The notes beneath the pieces are model-generated. The model searched no databases. It was not told the origin of the DNA and saw nothing but the letters and a program-made list of their open reading frames with translations. From NCBI GenBank assembly GCA_035776675.1, contig DASTWO010000067.1:207-64206 (forward strand): a stretch of 64,000 nt of DNA. The letters are read 5' to 3'. Positions 54,742 to 64,000 of the stretch are shown here, one piece after another. The stretch comes from Bacillales bacterium. GTDB taxonomy: Bacteria; Bacillota; Bacilli; Bacillales; DASSOY01. The stretch's first letter is position 1. Every line of letters begins with the position of its first letter. Made by a program: the position numbers and the translations under genes.

Positions 54742-55710
54742 TCATGATTTAGAAGCGTTGACGACATTGTAAAATGCGGTAAGATCGATATTCTTCCCGC
54801 TGATGATTATAGCAGTGTTGTGACCGGATACTGGCAAAATGTTATGAAGAAGGGCTCCGACACCTACAGCAGCCGCTCCTTCTGTGACAAGGCGATGTTC
54901 TTCCATCATAAAGGTCATGCCATCGGCAATCATGGTTTCATCCACAAGAATCGTCTCATCAACATACTTCTTCACCATATCAAATGTATGTCGATTCTCG
55001 AGGCCAATCCCGCCGAGCAGACTGTCTGCCAATGTATCGGATTCCTGCATCTCAATCGGCCGTCCGGCTTTCTGGCTTTCGAACATGACAGGGGAATGTT
55101 GCATCGAAACGCCGATCACTTTCATATCAGGTCGATTTGCCTTCAACGACAGCGCGATTCCGCTTATCAATCCACCGCCCGATAAAGGCACAACGGCCGC
55201 GTCGATGGATGGTTGGTCTTCCAGTAATTCGAGCCCGATTGTGCCCTGGCCAGCAATAATTTCAGGGTCGTCAAACGGCTCAATGATCGTCATTCCATGC
55301 TGTTTCCGCAGTTCTAAACATCGCCTACCCGCTTCGTCCTGGCTGTCTCCGTAAATTTCAAGCTTGCCGCCGAATTTACGAATGGCGTCCGCTTTTGCTT
55401 TCGGAACACGGCGGGAAACACAGATGACCGCTTCAATGCCAATTTGTCTTGCGACATAAGCTACGGCAAGTCCGTGGTTTCCAGTGGAATAGGTCGTCAC
55501 ACCGCGCTTTTGTTCATTCTCCGACAGGCTTAAGATCTTGTTAGCCGCTCCCCGTATTTTGAAAGCGCCGATCTCATGCATGCTTTCCAATTTCAAATGA
55601 ATGTTTCCGCCCATTCGATCAGAGAGTGCCGGGCAATGAAGCAATGGTGTTCTTCCGACCAGCGAGGCGATTCTTTTCTTAGCCTTCCATACGTCCTGAA
55701 TGGCAATCAT
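54742..55710 (-). CDS. PLP-dependent threonine/serine dehydratase-family enzyme, EutB-like
   Basis: 322 aa. PLP-lysine motif GAFKIRGA. STGNHG, PLSGGGL and LADSLLGGIGLENRHTF. I associate the last block with the hydroxyectoine-utilisation dehydratase EutB subfamily, from memory. Confidence 0.75.
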   Translation of the reverse strand: MIAIQDVWKAKKRIASLVGRTPLLHCPALSDRMGGNIHLKLESMHEIGAFKIRGAANKILSLSENEQKRGVTTYSTGNHGLAVAYVARQIGIEAVICVSRRVPKAKADAIRKFGGKLEIYGDSQDEAGRRCLELRKQHGMTIIEPFDDPEIIAGQGTIGLELLEDQPSIDAAVVPLSGGGLISGIALSLKANRPDMKVIGVSMQHSPVMFESQKAGRPIEMQESDTLADSLLGGIGLENRHTFDMVKKYVDETILVDETMIADGMTFMMEEHRLVTEGAAAVGVGALLHNILPVSGHNTAIIISGKNIDLTAFYNVVNASKS

Positions 55711-55931
55711 TTCTATCCATTCCTTTCGTTATTATATCACAAACATAGAATAGTTGGGTTATTAGGTCAATTGTGAAAAATGGATAAAGGAGGCTGTTGA
55801 TTTTCATACAATTTTGTCATTGTTCTTAAAGGGGTCACTTGCGTAAGATGAAAGTAATCAGATAAAGAAATGCTGTTTCACCTTTGAATGCCTATCGTGA
55901 TTCGGACAATGAAGACAGGGGAGGTTACAAA

Positions 55932-57137
55932 ATGATGCTGCCGTTCGATATTACCGAATATACGGAACGACTGGAGAAGGTCAAGAAATCGATGGAAAAG
56001 GAAGGCGTTGATGTGTTGTGTATCACCAACCCTTCGAACATGAACTATTTATCAGGTTACGATGCATGGTCTTTTTATGTTCATCAAATGGTAGTTGTGA
56101 TCGCCGAGGAAAATCAACCTTACTGGATCGGCAGGTTACAGGATGCCAACGGTGCCAAGCTTTCGACGTGGTTGGATGATCATCATATCATTTATTACCC
56201 GGATGATTATGTTCAATCCAAGACGAAGCATCCGATGGATTTCATTTCCGCGATCCTAAGGAGCTGGGGCTATCATTCCCGCCATATCGGCGTTGACATG
56301 GATAATTATTATTTTACAGCGCTTTGCTATGAGAAGTTGAAAGCCGGTCTTCCTGATTCTATGCTTAAGAACACCACGTCATTGGTAAGCGAAGTCCGTA
56401 TGATCAAATCAGCGAAAGAAATCTTTTATATGAAAAACGCTGCCAGAATTGTGGAACACGCCATGAAAGTGGGCATTGAGGCCGTAAAGCCCGGTGTCCG
56501 TGAGAATGATGCCGTTGCTGAAATCTATCATGCGCAGTTAACCGGGACAAATGATTTCGGCGGGGACTATCCGTCGATCGTGCCTCTAATGCCCTCGGGA
56601 ATCAAAACGGCGGCTCCCCATTTGACCTGGACCGATGGGCGCTATCAGAATGATGATCTCGTTATCATGGAACTGGCTGGATGTTATCGGCGGTATCATT
56701 CTCCCCTCGCAAGAACCATAAAGCTGGGGACGCCGAATCAGAGGGAACGACAAATAACGGATGCGGTCCTTGAAGGGATCGACGCTGTTTTAAATACGAT
56801 TAAACCGGGAGTGACATGTGAAGAAGCGGAGGCGGTCTGGCGGAAGACAATCGCCAAACACGGTTTTGCCAAGCATGATCGTCTTGGCTATTCAGTTGGT
56901 TTGAGTTATCCGCCGGATTGGGGTGAGCATACAGCGAGTATTCGTGAAGGAGACAGGACAGTCTTCCAACCGAATATGACTTTCCACTTCATTCCGGGCA
57001 TCTGGCAAGATGATTGCGGAATTGAAATCAGTGAATCACTGGTTATTACAGAGAACGGTTGCGAAACATTGGCTAAATTTCCAAGGGACTTACTATCTGT
57101 GTATACGGGAGGCGGTGATGCTCATGAAAGTCTATAA
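55932..57137 (+). CDS. M24 (creatinase / Xaa-Pro peptidase fold) hydrolase, ectoine hydrolase DoeA/EutD-like
   Basis: ATG at 55932 follows AGGGGAGG. NMNYLSGYDAWSFYVHQ, PHLTW, YHSPLARTI and YPPDWGEHTASIREGD resemble DoeA/EutD as I remember it. Confidence 0.7.
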   Translation: MMLPFDITEYTERLEKVKKSMEKEGVDVLCITNPSNMNYLSGYDAWSFYVHQMVVVIAEENQPYWIGRLQDANGAKLSTWLDDHHIIYYPDDYVQSKTKHPMDFISAILRSWGYHSRHIGVDMDNYYFTALCYEKLKAGLPDSMLKNTTSLVSEVRMIKSAKEIFYMKNAARIVEHAMKVGIEAVKPGVRENDAVAEIYHAQLTGTNDFGGDYPSIVPLMPSGIKTAAPHLTWTDGRYQNDDLVIMELAGCYRRYHSPLARTIKLGTPNQRERQITDAVLEGIDAVLNTIKPGVTCEEAEAVWRKTIAKHGFAKHDRLGYSVGLSYPPDWGEHTASIREGDRTVFQPNMTFHFIPGIWQDDCGIEISESLVITENGCETLAKFPRDLLSVYTGGGDAHESL

Positions 57138-58089
57138 CGAAGAGGAAATTCGTAATCACATCGATTTGACGCAAGAAGCGATAGCGGAAGTAGAAAACGG
57201 GTTCAATCGGCTCCAGGCCGGGGATACAGAAATGCCTCCGATTATGAGGATCGATGTCAGCGATTATAACGGCGAAGTGGATGTGAAATCTGCTTATGTA
57301 CGCGGTGAGGAGATCTTTGCCGTCAAGCTTTCTTCCGGTTTCTTCGATAATTATAAGCTCGGATTGCCGAGTGGAAACGGGCTTATGGTGTTGATAAATT
57401 CGCGGACGGGAGTTCCGGAGGCAGTGCTATTGGATAATGGCTATTTGACGGATGTGAGGACCGCGGCAGCCGGAGCGATTACAGCGAAGTATTTGGCGCC
57501 GGAAAGGGTTCGGACCGCAGGCGTGATCGGAGCCGGGACACAGGCTCGCTTTCAGATGAAGGCATTGAAGCAGTTTCGGGATTTCGAAAGAATTCTCGTT
57601 TACGCCTCTTCGAATCGTAGGATCGACGAATTCGCGGAGGAAATGAAAGAGGCGCTGAAAGTTGAAGTGGAGGCTGTTGACAGCGCCGAAAAGGTTGTCA
57701 GAGAAAGTGATGCCGTCGTTACGACGACACCGGCGAAAGAGCCGGTATTGCGGGCCGAATGGCTGCATCCGGGACTCCACATTACAGCGATGGGGTCGGA
57801 TGCAGAGGAGAAGAATGAGTTGGATCCGCAAGTGTTGGCGAAAGCCGACAGGCTTGTGTGTGATGTGAAATCGCAATGTTTCCGGTTAGGGGAACTCCAC
57901 CATGGGTTAGAACAAGGTGTGATAACCCGTGATAGTGAAATAACCGAGCTTGGCGAGATCACATCCGGCAACGCCAAAGGGCGCGCGGACCCGGAGCAAA
58001 TTACGGTTTGCGACCTAACGGGGACCGGTGTCCAGGATACCGCGATAGCGGGGTATACGCTTCGAAAACTGACAAACGGGGAAGGGTGA
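57118..58089 (+). CDS. ornithine cyclodeaminase / mu-crystallin-family enzyme, EutC-like
   Basis: ATG at 57118 follows GGAGG and overlaps the upstream stop by 20 nt. Rossmann motif GVIGAGTQARFQ. Confidence 0.8.
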   Translation: MLMKVYNEEEIRNHIDLTQEAIAEVENGFNRLQAGDTEMPPIMRIDVSDYNGEVDVKSAYVRGEEIFAVKLSSGFFDNYKLGLPSGNGLMVLINSRTGVPEAVLLDNGYLTDVRTAAAGAITAKYLAPERVRTAGVIGAGTQARFQMKALKQFRDFERILVYASSNRRIDEFAEEMKEALKVEVEAVDSAEKVVRESDAVVTTTPAKEPVLRAEWLHPGLHITAMGSDAEEKNELDPQVLAKADRLVCDVKSQCFRLGELHHGLEQGVITRDSEITELGEITSGNAKGRADPEQITVCDLTGTGVQDTAIAGYTLRKLTNGEG

Positions 58090-58094
58090 TTGAA

Positions 58095-59291
58095 ATGAGT
58101 GAGGCAAGACGTGGAACGCAATCGGTATGGGCCGGAGAAGATGAGTATCTTCTTCAGGGAGCGACACAGGTGCCGGTTGTTCACAGTGTTTCTTTCGGAT
58201 ATAAAGATATTGACGAATGGCATGATGTTGCCTTAGGGAAAAGAGAAGGCCATATTTATGGCCGCAATACGAACCCGACGGTTCAAGTATTCGAGGAGAA
58301 AGTAAGATTGATGGAAGGCGCTGAAGCCGCTACCAGCTTCTCCACCGGAATGGCGGCGATCAGTAATACACTGTTCACGCTTCTTAAGCCCGGTGACAGG
58401 GTTGTTTCCATCCGTGATACGTACGGTGGAACCAACAAGATATTCATTGAGAATCTGCCGAATTTTCAAGTGGATGTTGAATTATGTGTAACGACAAATC
58501 ATGAAGCCATCGAAGAAGAAATTGAAAAAGGCTGCAAAGTCTTATACCTGGAGACGCCGACGAATCCAACGATGAAAATAATGGATCTGGAGCGCTTGAT
58601 TCGAAAAGCGCGTGAAGTTGGCGCTATCACGGTCGTTGATAACACATTTGCGACACCCGTTAATCAAAATCCTCTGGAACTCGGAGCCGATCTGGTTGTA
58701 CACAGTGCGACGAAGTTCCTGGGAGGCCATGCGGATGCGCTTGGCGGGATTGTTTGCGGTTCGAAGGATTTGGTGGAACAAATCTATCATTTCAGGGAAA
58801 TTAATGGTGCCACACTCGATCCAATGTCCGCCTATCTCTTGCTACGGGGCATGAAGACACTTGAGTTAAGAGTGAATCAACAACAGAAAAGTGCGATGGA
58901 AATTGCCCGCTACCTTGAGAAAAATCCGTTGGTAGATGAAGTTTTCTACCCGGGGCTTGAATCACACGTTGGTCATGAAATCGCCAGGAAACAGATGAAA
59001 GGGTTTGGCGGTATGCTGAGCTTCTCATTAAACGACGGCATTGAGGGTGTTCGTAAATTCTTGCCTAGTTTACGATATGCCCATTTGGCGGCTAATCTGG
59101 GAGCGGTGGAAACCATAGCCGCGATTCCGAGAACTGCGAGCCACGTTGAATGTACGGCTGAGGAGCGAAAAGCAATGGGCATTCCGGAAGGATTGATTCG
59201 GTATTCGGTGGGAATTGAGAATACTGAGGACTTGATTGCCGATTTAGAGCAAGCCTTTAAGGTTCTGGAGAAATCTTCTGTAGGTGAGTGA
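58095..59291 (+). CDS. Cys/Met-metabolism PLP-dependent enzyme (cystathionine gamma-synthase / gamma-lyase family)
   Basis: ATG at 58095. ETPTNP, VVDNTFATP and the PLP-lysine motif HSATKFLGGH. Confidence 0.85.
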   Translation: MSEARRGTQSVWAGEDEYLLQGATQVPVVHSVSFGYKDIDEWHDVALGKREGHIYGRNTNPTVQVFEEKVRLMEGAEAATSFSTGMAAISNTLFTLLKPGDRVVSIRDTYGGTNKIFIENLPNFQVDVELCVTTNHEAIEEEIEKGCKVLYLETPTNPTMKIMDLERLIRKAREVGAITVVDNTFATPVNQNPLELGADLVVHSATKFLGGHADALGGIVCGSKDLVEQIYHFREINGATLDPMSAYLLLRGMKTLELRVNQQQKSAMEIARYLEKNPLVDEVFYPGLESHVGHEIARKQMKGFGGMLSFSLNDGIEGVRKFLPSLRYAHLAANLGAVETIAAIPRTASHVECTAEERKAMGIPEGLIRYSVGIENTEDLIADLEQAFKVLEKSSVGE

Positions 59292-59296
59292 TCCGA

Positions 59297-60487
59297 ATGG
59301 ATGATCAACAATTCAAGGTGAAATTAACCGAGTGGCGGCGTCATTTGCACGCCCATCCAGAACGGAGTTTCGAAGAATATGAGACTTCGAAATTCGTAGG
59401 AGAGGTCCTTCGATCCCTTGAGGGAATCAAGGTGGATACAGGAATAGCGGGAACCACCGGAGTGATGGGAACCTTTTCTTCGGGAGAAGGGCCGACTGTC
59501 CTTCTCCGGGCTGATATGGACGCGTTGCCGATCACTGAAGAAGCGGATCACGATTATTGTTCGCAAAATAAAGGTGTAATGCATGCCTGCGGGCACGATG
59601 CCCATACGGCGATTCTCCTTGGTGTCGCGCACTTATTGGAAGAAAGGTTTAAAAACGGAAATCTGCAAGGTACGGTGAAATTATTGTTTCAGCCGGCTGA
59701 AGAGACTCCCGATTCGGAAGGGGTGACCGGTGCGCCGAGAATGATAGACGCAGGCGTTCTGGAAGATGTCGATACCGCTGTAGCCTTGCATATGTGCCCA
59801 TGGAAGCAAGTTGGTGAGGTTCAGGTTAATGACGGATACAGCATGGCCAATGTGGATGTTTTTCATGCGACGCTTTACGGAACTGGAGGTCACGGGGCAT
59901 ACCCGCATCTAGGGACGGATCCCATTTGGATGCTGGGGCCGGTGTTGCAGGCGTTTCATGGCATTGTGCCACGAAGAGTATCTCCGCTTGAACCGGCTGT
60001 TATCAGTGTCGGACGTCTCGAGGCAGGCTCGACATCGAACGTTATTCCCGGTGAAGTCAATCTTGAAGGGACGATGAGAAGTTACAGTCCCGAAACCCGG
60101 GAATTGTTGTCGGATGAGTTGGAAAGTGCTATCGCAGTTGTCAGGCAACTTGGAGGGGAATATAAGCTGGCTATTACACATGGTGAGCCGGCGCTGGACA
60201 ATGATTCACAAGTAAACAGGCGAATTATTGAATCCATTAACGACATTTACCCCGATTTTCAAATTGATCGGGCGCCGTTCGGACTCGGCGGGGAAGATTT
60301 TGCTCATATATCAAAGGTTGTGCCCGCATCAATGTTTTTTCTCGGTTGCGCGTTACCAGACGGGAAACAACGTGACTTGCACACGTCGGAGTTTGACATC
60401 GATGAAAGATGCCTGCCGATTGGGGCTCATATTTTATTGGAAACAGCTATTCGGTGTTTAAGCAATCTTGGAGGTGAACGCCCATGA
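59297..60487 (+). CDS. M20D amidohydrolase (N-acyl-amino-acid deacylase / hippurate-hydrolase type)
   Basis: ATG at 59297 follows AGGTGAG. HAHPE, RADMDALP, HACGHDAH and FQPAEE motifs. Confidence 0.85.
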   Translation: MDDQQFKVKLTEWRRHLHAHPERSFEEYETSKFVGEVLRSLEGIKVDTGIAGTTGVMGTFSSGEGPTVLLRADMDALPITEEADHDYCSQNKGVMHACGHDAHTAILLGVAHLLEERFKNGNLQGTVKLLFQPAEETPDSEGVTGAPRMIDAGVLEDVDTAVALHMCPWKQVGEVQVNDGYSMANVDVFHATLYGTGGHGAYPHLGTDPIWMLGPVLQAFHGIVPRRVSPLEPAVISVGRLEAGSTSNVIPGEVNLEGTMRSYSPETRELLSDELESAIAVVRQLGGEYKLAITHGEPALDNDSQVNRRIIESINDIYPDFQIDRAPFGLGGEDFAHISKVVPASMFFLGCALPDGKQRDLHTSEFDIDERCLPIGAHILLETAIRCLSNLGGERP

Positions 60488-61560
60488 CTCATAAATTGGC
60501 GATGGTCGGTTTTGGAGGAGTCGGACAAGGTTTGGCCGAAATTCTCCTTGAAAAGAAACATTTTTTAAAAGAAAACTTCGATTTTGAGGCGAAGATTGTA
60601 GCAGTTTCGGATGTATTGAAGGGTGCGATTTATCATCCGGAGGGACTTGACATTGAAAAGGTTCTTGAGACGGTCAGGGATACCGGGAAGCTGGACGATT
60701 ACCCTGAAACTTCAGGGTTGATTCGCGGCTGGGACAGCATTCGAACGATTAGGAAGACCAATGCCGACACTGTTGTGGAGGTCACTTATACCGATGTTCA
60801 AACGGGCCAACCGGCAATCGACCATTGTCAAACCGCTTTTGAAAACGGCAAGAATGTTGTGATGACCAACAAAGGTCCCGTCGCTCTAAAATATAAGGAA
60901 CTGTCCGAACTGGCTGAGAAGAACAACGTACAGTGGGGATTTGAAGGAACTGTGATGAGCGGGACTCCAACTTTGCGGATGCCATCGGTTTCTCTCGCTG
61001 GAAATAAAATCAACGAAATACGCGGTATTTTCAATGGAACAACCAATTATATTCTTACGAAAATGGAAGAAGGGCTTGGTTACGATGAAGCCTTAAAGCA
61101 AGCCCAGGAATTCGGTTACGCCGAAGCTGATCCCACAAGTGATGTTGAAGGTTACGATGCCTTATACAAGGTGGTAATTTTGGCGAATGTCGTCATGGGG
61201 AATCCGTTGAGAAAAGAAGAAGTCTCCTGTCAGGGAATCACGCAACTGACGGATGATGACATCAACGAAGCGAAGTCGGAAGGAAAACGGTGGAAACTGA
61301 TCGGGAAAGTTCAACAAGATTCAGATGGGAATGTAACTGGTGCCGTTCGCCCTGAGAAAGTCCCGTTAAGTGATCCGCTTGCGAGTGTAACGGGTGCCTT
61401 GAATGCCATCACGTATGAATGTGATTTGTCAGGTCCTGTGACTGTGGTTGGAGCCGGAGCTGGCATTGCGGAGACCGGTTTTGCGCTATTAATAGATTTA
61501 ATTCATTTCGATAGAAAGTCAGTCGAGCATTCAGCCACAAAGATGGCAAGTCACCGATAA
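60484..61560 (+). CDS. homoserine dehydrogenase-family oxidoreductase (no ACT domain)
   Basis: ATGA overlap with the upstream gene. MVGFGGVGQG Rossmann motif. GYAEADPTSDVEGYDA is the homoserine dehydrogenase signature. Confidence 0.8.
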   Translation: MTHKLAMVGFGGVGQGLAEILLEKKHFLKENFDFEAKIVAVSDVLKGAIYHPEGLDIEKVLETVRDTGKLDDYPETSGLIRGWDSIRTIRKTNADTVVEVTYTDVQTGQPAIDHCQTAFENGKNVVMTNKGPVALKYKELSELAEKNNVQWGFEGTVMSGTPTLRMPSVSLAGNKINEIRGIFNGTTNYILTKMEEGLGYDEALKQAQEFGYAEADPTSDVEGYDALYKVVILANVVMGNPLRKEEVSCQGITQLTDDDINEAKSEGKRWKLIGKVQQDSDGNVTGAVRPEKVPLSDPLASVTGALNAITYECDLSGPVTVVGAGAGIAETGFALLIDLIHFDRKSVEHSATKMASHR

Positions 61561-61654
61561 AAGTTTTACGATTCCGACCGGTATTGAATTTAACCTCTGT
61601 CATTCAATCTGAACAACCCCTGCGGGTTTGTTCCAGGAAAGGTGGTCTAATCAA

Positions 61655-63097
61655 ATGGTGAAAGTCAGTACAACCGGCCAGAAAATGTTTATCGGAGGAA
61701 ATTGGGAGGACCGGGAACAGACAATAGATGTAGTGGATCCCCAAGACAACAGTTTGATTAATACAGTCCCTTCAGCGAGTGCTGACGATATGTATCGGGC
61801 AATCGAAGGAGGAAAAGAAGGCGTTAAACAGGCTGCGAGAATGCCTGTTCATGAAAGGGCCGCTGTTCTGAAAAGGACGGCTGAAATTGTTGAAGAACGA
61901 AAAGAGATTTTCGCGACGATCATCGCAAGGGAAGGCAGTAAGACAATAAATGAAGCTCGCGGGGAGGTGTCCCGTTCCATTCAAACTTTGCGGCTTAGTG
62001 GGGAAGAGGCTTCACGCATTAACGGAGAGACTGTGGCTTTCGATCAAGTGCCGGGTAGTGAGAATCGTGTGGGTTACTTTTATCATTTTCCAGTAGGCCT
62101 GGTCGGCGCTATCACACCGTTTAATGATCCTTTGAACCTCGTTGCCCATAAGGTCGGTCCCGCAATTGCCGGCGGAAATGCCGTTATTCTTAAACCGGCA
62201 ACGGCTACTCCTCTAAGCGCTCTTTACCTTGCAGAAGCTTTCATGGATGCGGGATTGCCTTCCAAAGTATTGTCTGTCATAACCGGGAAAGGAAGCGAAA
62301 TTGGTGATCCGCTTGTTACGCATCCGGATGTCAACATGCTTTCATTCACTGGCGGGCTGGAAACCGGAGAAGCGATTACGAGGAAGGCGGGATTAAAGAG
62401 AATCGGCATGGAGCTCGGTTCCAATTCACCGGTTATAGTCCTTAAGGACGCTGATCTTGAACAGGCGGTTGAGGCAACAGTCAGCGGTGCCTTCTCGGCT
62501 GCCGGGCAAAATTGCCTCGGCGTGCAAAGAGTGTTCATTCAAGAAGACGTATTTGATTACTTTGCCAGGGGCTTTGTTAAACGCGCAAGCGAGTACAAAA
62601 CTGGCAATAAATTGTCTGAAATGACGGATATGGGGCCAATGATTGACGAAAGGGAAGCAAGACGTATGGAAGCCTGGGTAGAGGAGGCTGTTGACGAAGG
62701 AGCTAATGTACTGTGCGGAGGTGTCAGGGACGGAGCCTTCTATACGCCGACAGTGTTAACGAATGTTCCTTACTCATGCAAAGTAGCGCAGGAAGAGGCT
62801 TTCGGTCCAGTTGTTTCGTTATTTCCTTGTAAAGATCTGGAGTCGGCCATTGTTGGCGCCAATCGCGTCGATTACGGTTTGCAAGCAGGAATATTCACAC
62901 GTGACATCGATAAAGTGTTTCAAGCTATCGAAAAGTTGGAGGTCGGTGGAGTCATTATCAATGATAGCAGTGATTATCGAATTGATGCCATGCCTTTCGG
63001 TGGCGTTAAAGGATCCGGAATCGGCAGAGAAGGCGTGAAATTTGCCATCCGGGAAATGACGGAAAAGAAAGTGGTCAGTTTCAAACTGGCAAGATAG
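61655..63097 (+). CDS. NAD(P)-dependent aldehyde dehydrogenase
   Basis: ATG at 61655. VGPAIAGGNAVILKP, ELGSNSP, GQNCLGVQR (catalytic Cys) and EEAFGPV. Confidence 0.9.
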   Translation: MVKVSTTGQKMFIGGNWEDREQTIDVVDPQDNSLINTVPSASADDMYRAIEGGKEGVKQAARMPVHERAAVLKRTAEIVEERKEIFATIIAREGSKTINEARGEVSRSIQTLRLSGEEASRINGETVAFDQVPGSENRVGYFYHFPVGLVGAITPFNDPLNLVAHKVGPAIAGGNAVILKPATATPLSALYLAEAFMDAGLPSKVLSVITGKGSEIGDPLVTHPDVNMLSFTGGLETGEAITRKAGLKRIGMELGSNSPVIVLKDADLEQAVEATVSGAFSAAGQNCLGVQRVFIQEDVFDYFARGFVKRASEYKTGNKLSEMTDMGPMIDEREARRMEAWVEEAVDEGANVLCGGVRDGAFYTPTVLTNVPYSCKVAQEEAFGPVVSLFPCKDLESAIVGANRVDYGLQAGIFTRDIDKVFQAIEKLEVGGVIINDSSDYRIDAMPFGGVKGSGIGREGVKFAIREMTEKKVVSFKLAR

Positions 63098-63120
63098 GGA
63101 AAGGAAATATGACGATAGAA

Positions 63121-63150
63121 GGAGCACCTTTATAGGAGGTGCTCGTTTTC
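63121..63150 (+). terminator. rho-independent terminator of the catabolic operon
   Basis: GAGCACC (63122-63128) pairs with GGTGCTC (63138-63144), followed by GTTTT. Confidence 0.8.
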
Positions 63151-63325
63151 ATATAATGGCTGCCGATTAGTAGGTCTATATACCCATTTTATAAAACGGG
63201 ACTTATTATTCATTTCACACTTTTTTTGCAAATCATGCAGGAAAACTGAGAATTTCCTCGAAAGTTAATTTATTCAAACTGTTGCCTATTTGGTAACCTT
63301 GGAAATTTCTTTTTGAGGTGAAAGG

Positions 63326-64000
63326 ATGGAAGTTCAGGAGCAGAAGGAACGGCTGGATCGCTGGTATTGGGCAATGAAATACGAAGACAAGGAAGATGCC
63401 GATCTTCAGAAGCAAAATATTGATGCCAAAATCGAAGAATTTAGAGATCCTGAAATGAAAAAACTTTACGAATTGCTCGTAATCAGGTATCATCTAATGT
63501 ACAAAGATTTTGAAAAGTCGGTATCAGCTTTTGCGGAAACCGGACCGGTTGAAGATGAAGGCCACTGGTTGAATTACTTCTACTATTTCTTCAGGGGCAT
63601 TTATCATTATGATAGGAAGGAATACCGGGCCGCCATTGACAACTACATGAGAGCGAAACCACTTGCGCTTGAAACCACCATGATTGAACTCGCCGAACTT
63701 TATTATAAACTCGCTTCAGCCCATCAACGCACATATGAAACGGCCCTCTCTATTGAATACACCAAGAAGGCACTGAAAATTTTCAAGGAAAGATCGCATT
63801 ATAGAAGAGTGGCCAGTTGCCAATCTTTATTAGGCATTAACTTTAAAGACATTGATCAGTATAATGAAGCAGAACGATCCTATCATGACGCTTTGATATA
63901 TGCTGCCAAAGCGGACAATGACCTTTTGAAGATGCGAATCCTTCATAATTTCGGTGTTTTATATACGGACCAGAATGACCCTAAGACTGCCATTAGTTAT
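63326..64000 (+). CDS. Rap-family response-regulator aspartate phosphatase (TPR protein), 5' part only
   Basis: Hand-translated from the ATG at 63326 (after GAGGTGAAAGG): MEVQEQKERLDRWYWAMKYED...NYFYYFFRGIYHYDRKEYRAAIDNYMRA...AELYYKLASAH...ALKIFKE.., a Rap-like TPR pattern. Open to the window end. Confidence 0.7.
   Translation, partial: MEVQEQKERLDRWYWAMKYEDKEDADLQKQNIDAKIEEFRDPEMKKLYELLVIRYHLMYKDFEKSVSAFAETGPVEDEGHWLNYFYYFFRGIYHYDRKEYRAAIDNYMRAKPLALETTMIELAELYYKLASAHQRTYETALSIEYTKKALKIFKERSHYRRVASCQSLLGINFKDIDQYNEAERSYHDALIYAAKADNDLLKMRILHNFGVLYTDQNDPKTAISY

Noticed and set aside
55884-55931. Longer starts from the ORF track for several genes (55884, 57010, 58008, 59288, 61628, 9204, 43452, 45096, 51872, 54713)
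   Set aside because: In each case an internal ATG with a well-spaced Shine-Dalgarno sequence gives an N-terminus that matches the family. The upstream extension either overlaps the preceding gene extensively or lacks an RBS.
1-64000. Search for CRISPR arrays, tRNA/rRNA genes, IS elements, integrases, phage genes, toxin-antitoxin or known defence-system genes
   Set aside because: No regularly spaced direct repeats, no cloverleaf-like or rRNA-like segments noticed, and no transposase, integrase, nuclease or helicase-type ORFs in the six-frame track. Absence is by eye only and should be confirmed with tRNAscan-SE, Infernal, ISfinder and DefenseFinder.

Overview
Chromosomal segment of an endospore-forming, Bacillus-like Firmicute. 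The backbone genes are menA, menFDHBE, ytkD, pckA/metK, ytpA-ytpB, T-box-leuS, cse60, ytgP and a Rap phosphatase. I call about 58 protein-coding genes, two decayed gene relics and one T-box leader. I saw no rRNA, tRNA, CRISPR, IS or prophage genes. All family names come from reading the translations and from motifs I remember; no database search was run.

Between menE (about 10.7 kb) and ytkD (about 36.7 kb) lies a block that looks accessory. It holds a chemoreceptor, a TetR/MFS efflux pair with a triple palindromic operator, and a tapA-sipW-tasA biofilm-fibre locus. That locus sits behind three GTTCT-N6-AGAAC (SinR-type) inverted repeats and is extended by an LPXTG-anchored TasA-fold protein plus a sortase.

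The most unusual part of the block is two paralogous LuxR-type regulators, each divergent from its own operon. Regulator 1 faces an MBL-hydrolase / SCP2 / long-chain acyl-CoA ligase operon. Regulator 2 faces an orphan three-gene envelope operon: a DUF6230-like protein, a DUF6114-like polytopic membrane protein, and a secreted 550-aa protein carrying a second DUF6230-like domain, an 11-residue repeat array and a long coiled coil. Both target promoters share the motif CCTACACNTNTCGG-N-ATTG, placed exactly 23 nt upstream of the -10 box. I rank this regulator/operon pair as the best candidate for an undescribed system.

A second candidate is a PucR-regulated cluster at 53-63 kb. It resembles ectoine/hydroxyectoine catabolism (EutB-, EutD/DoeA- and EutC-like genes), but the downstream steps are non-canonical.
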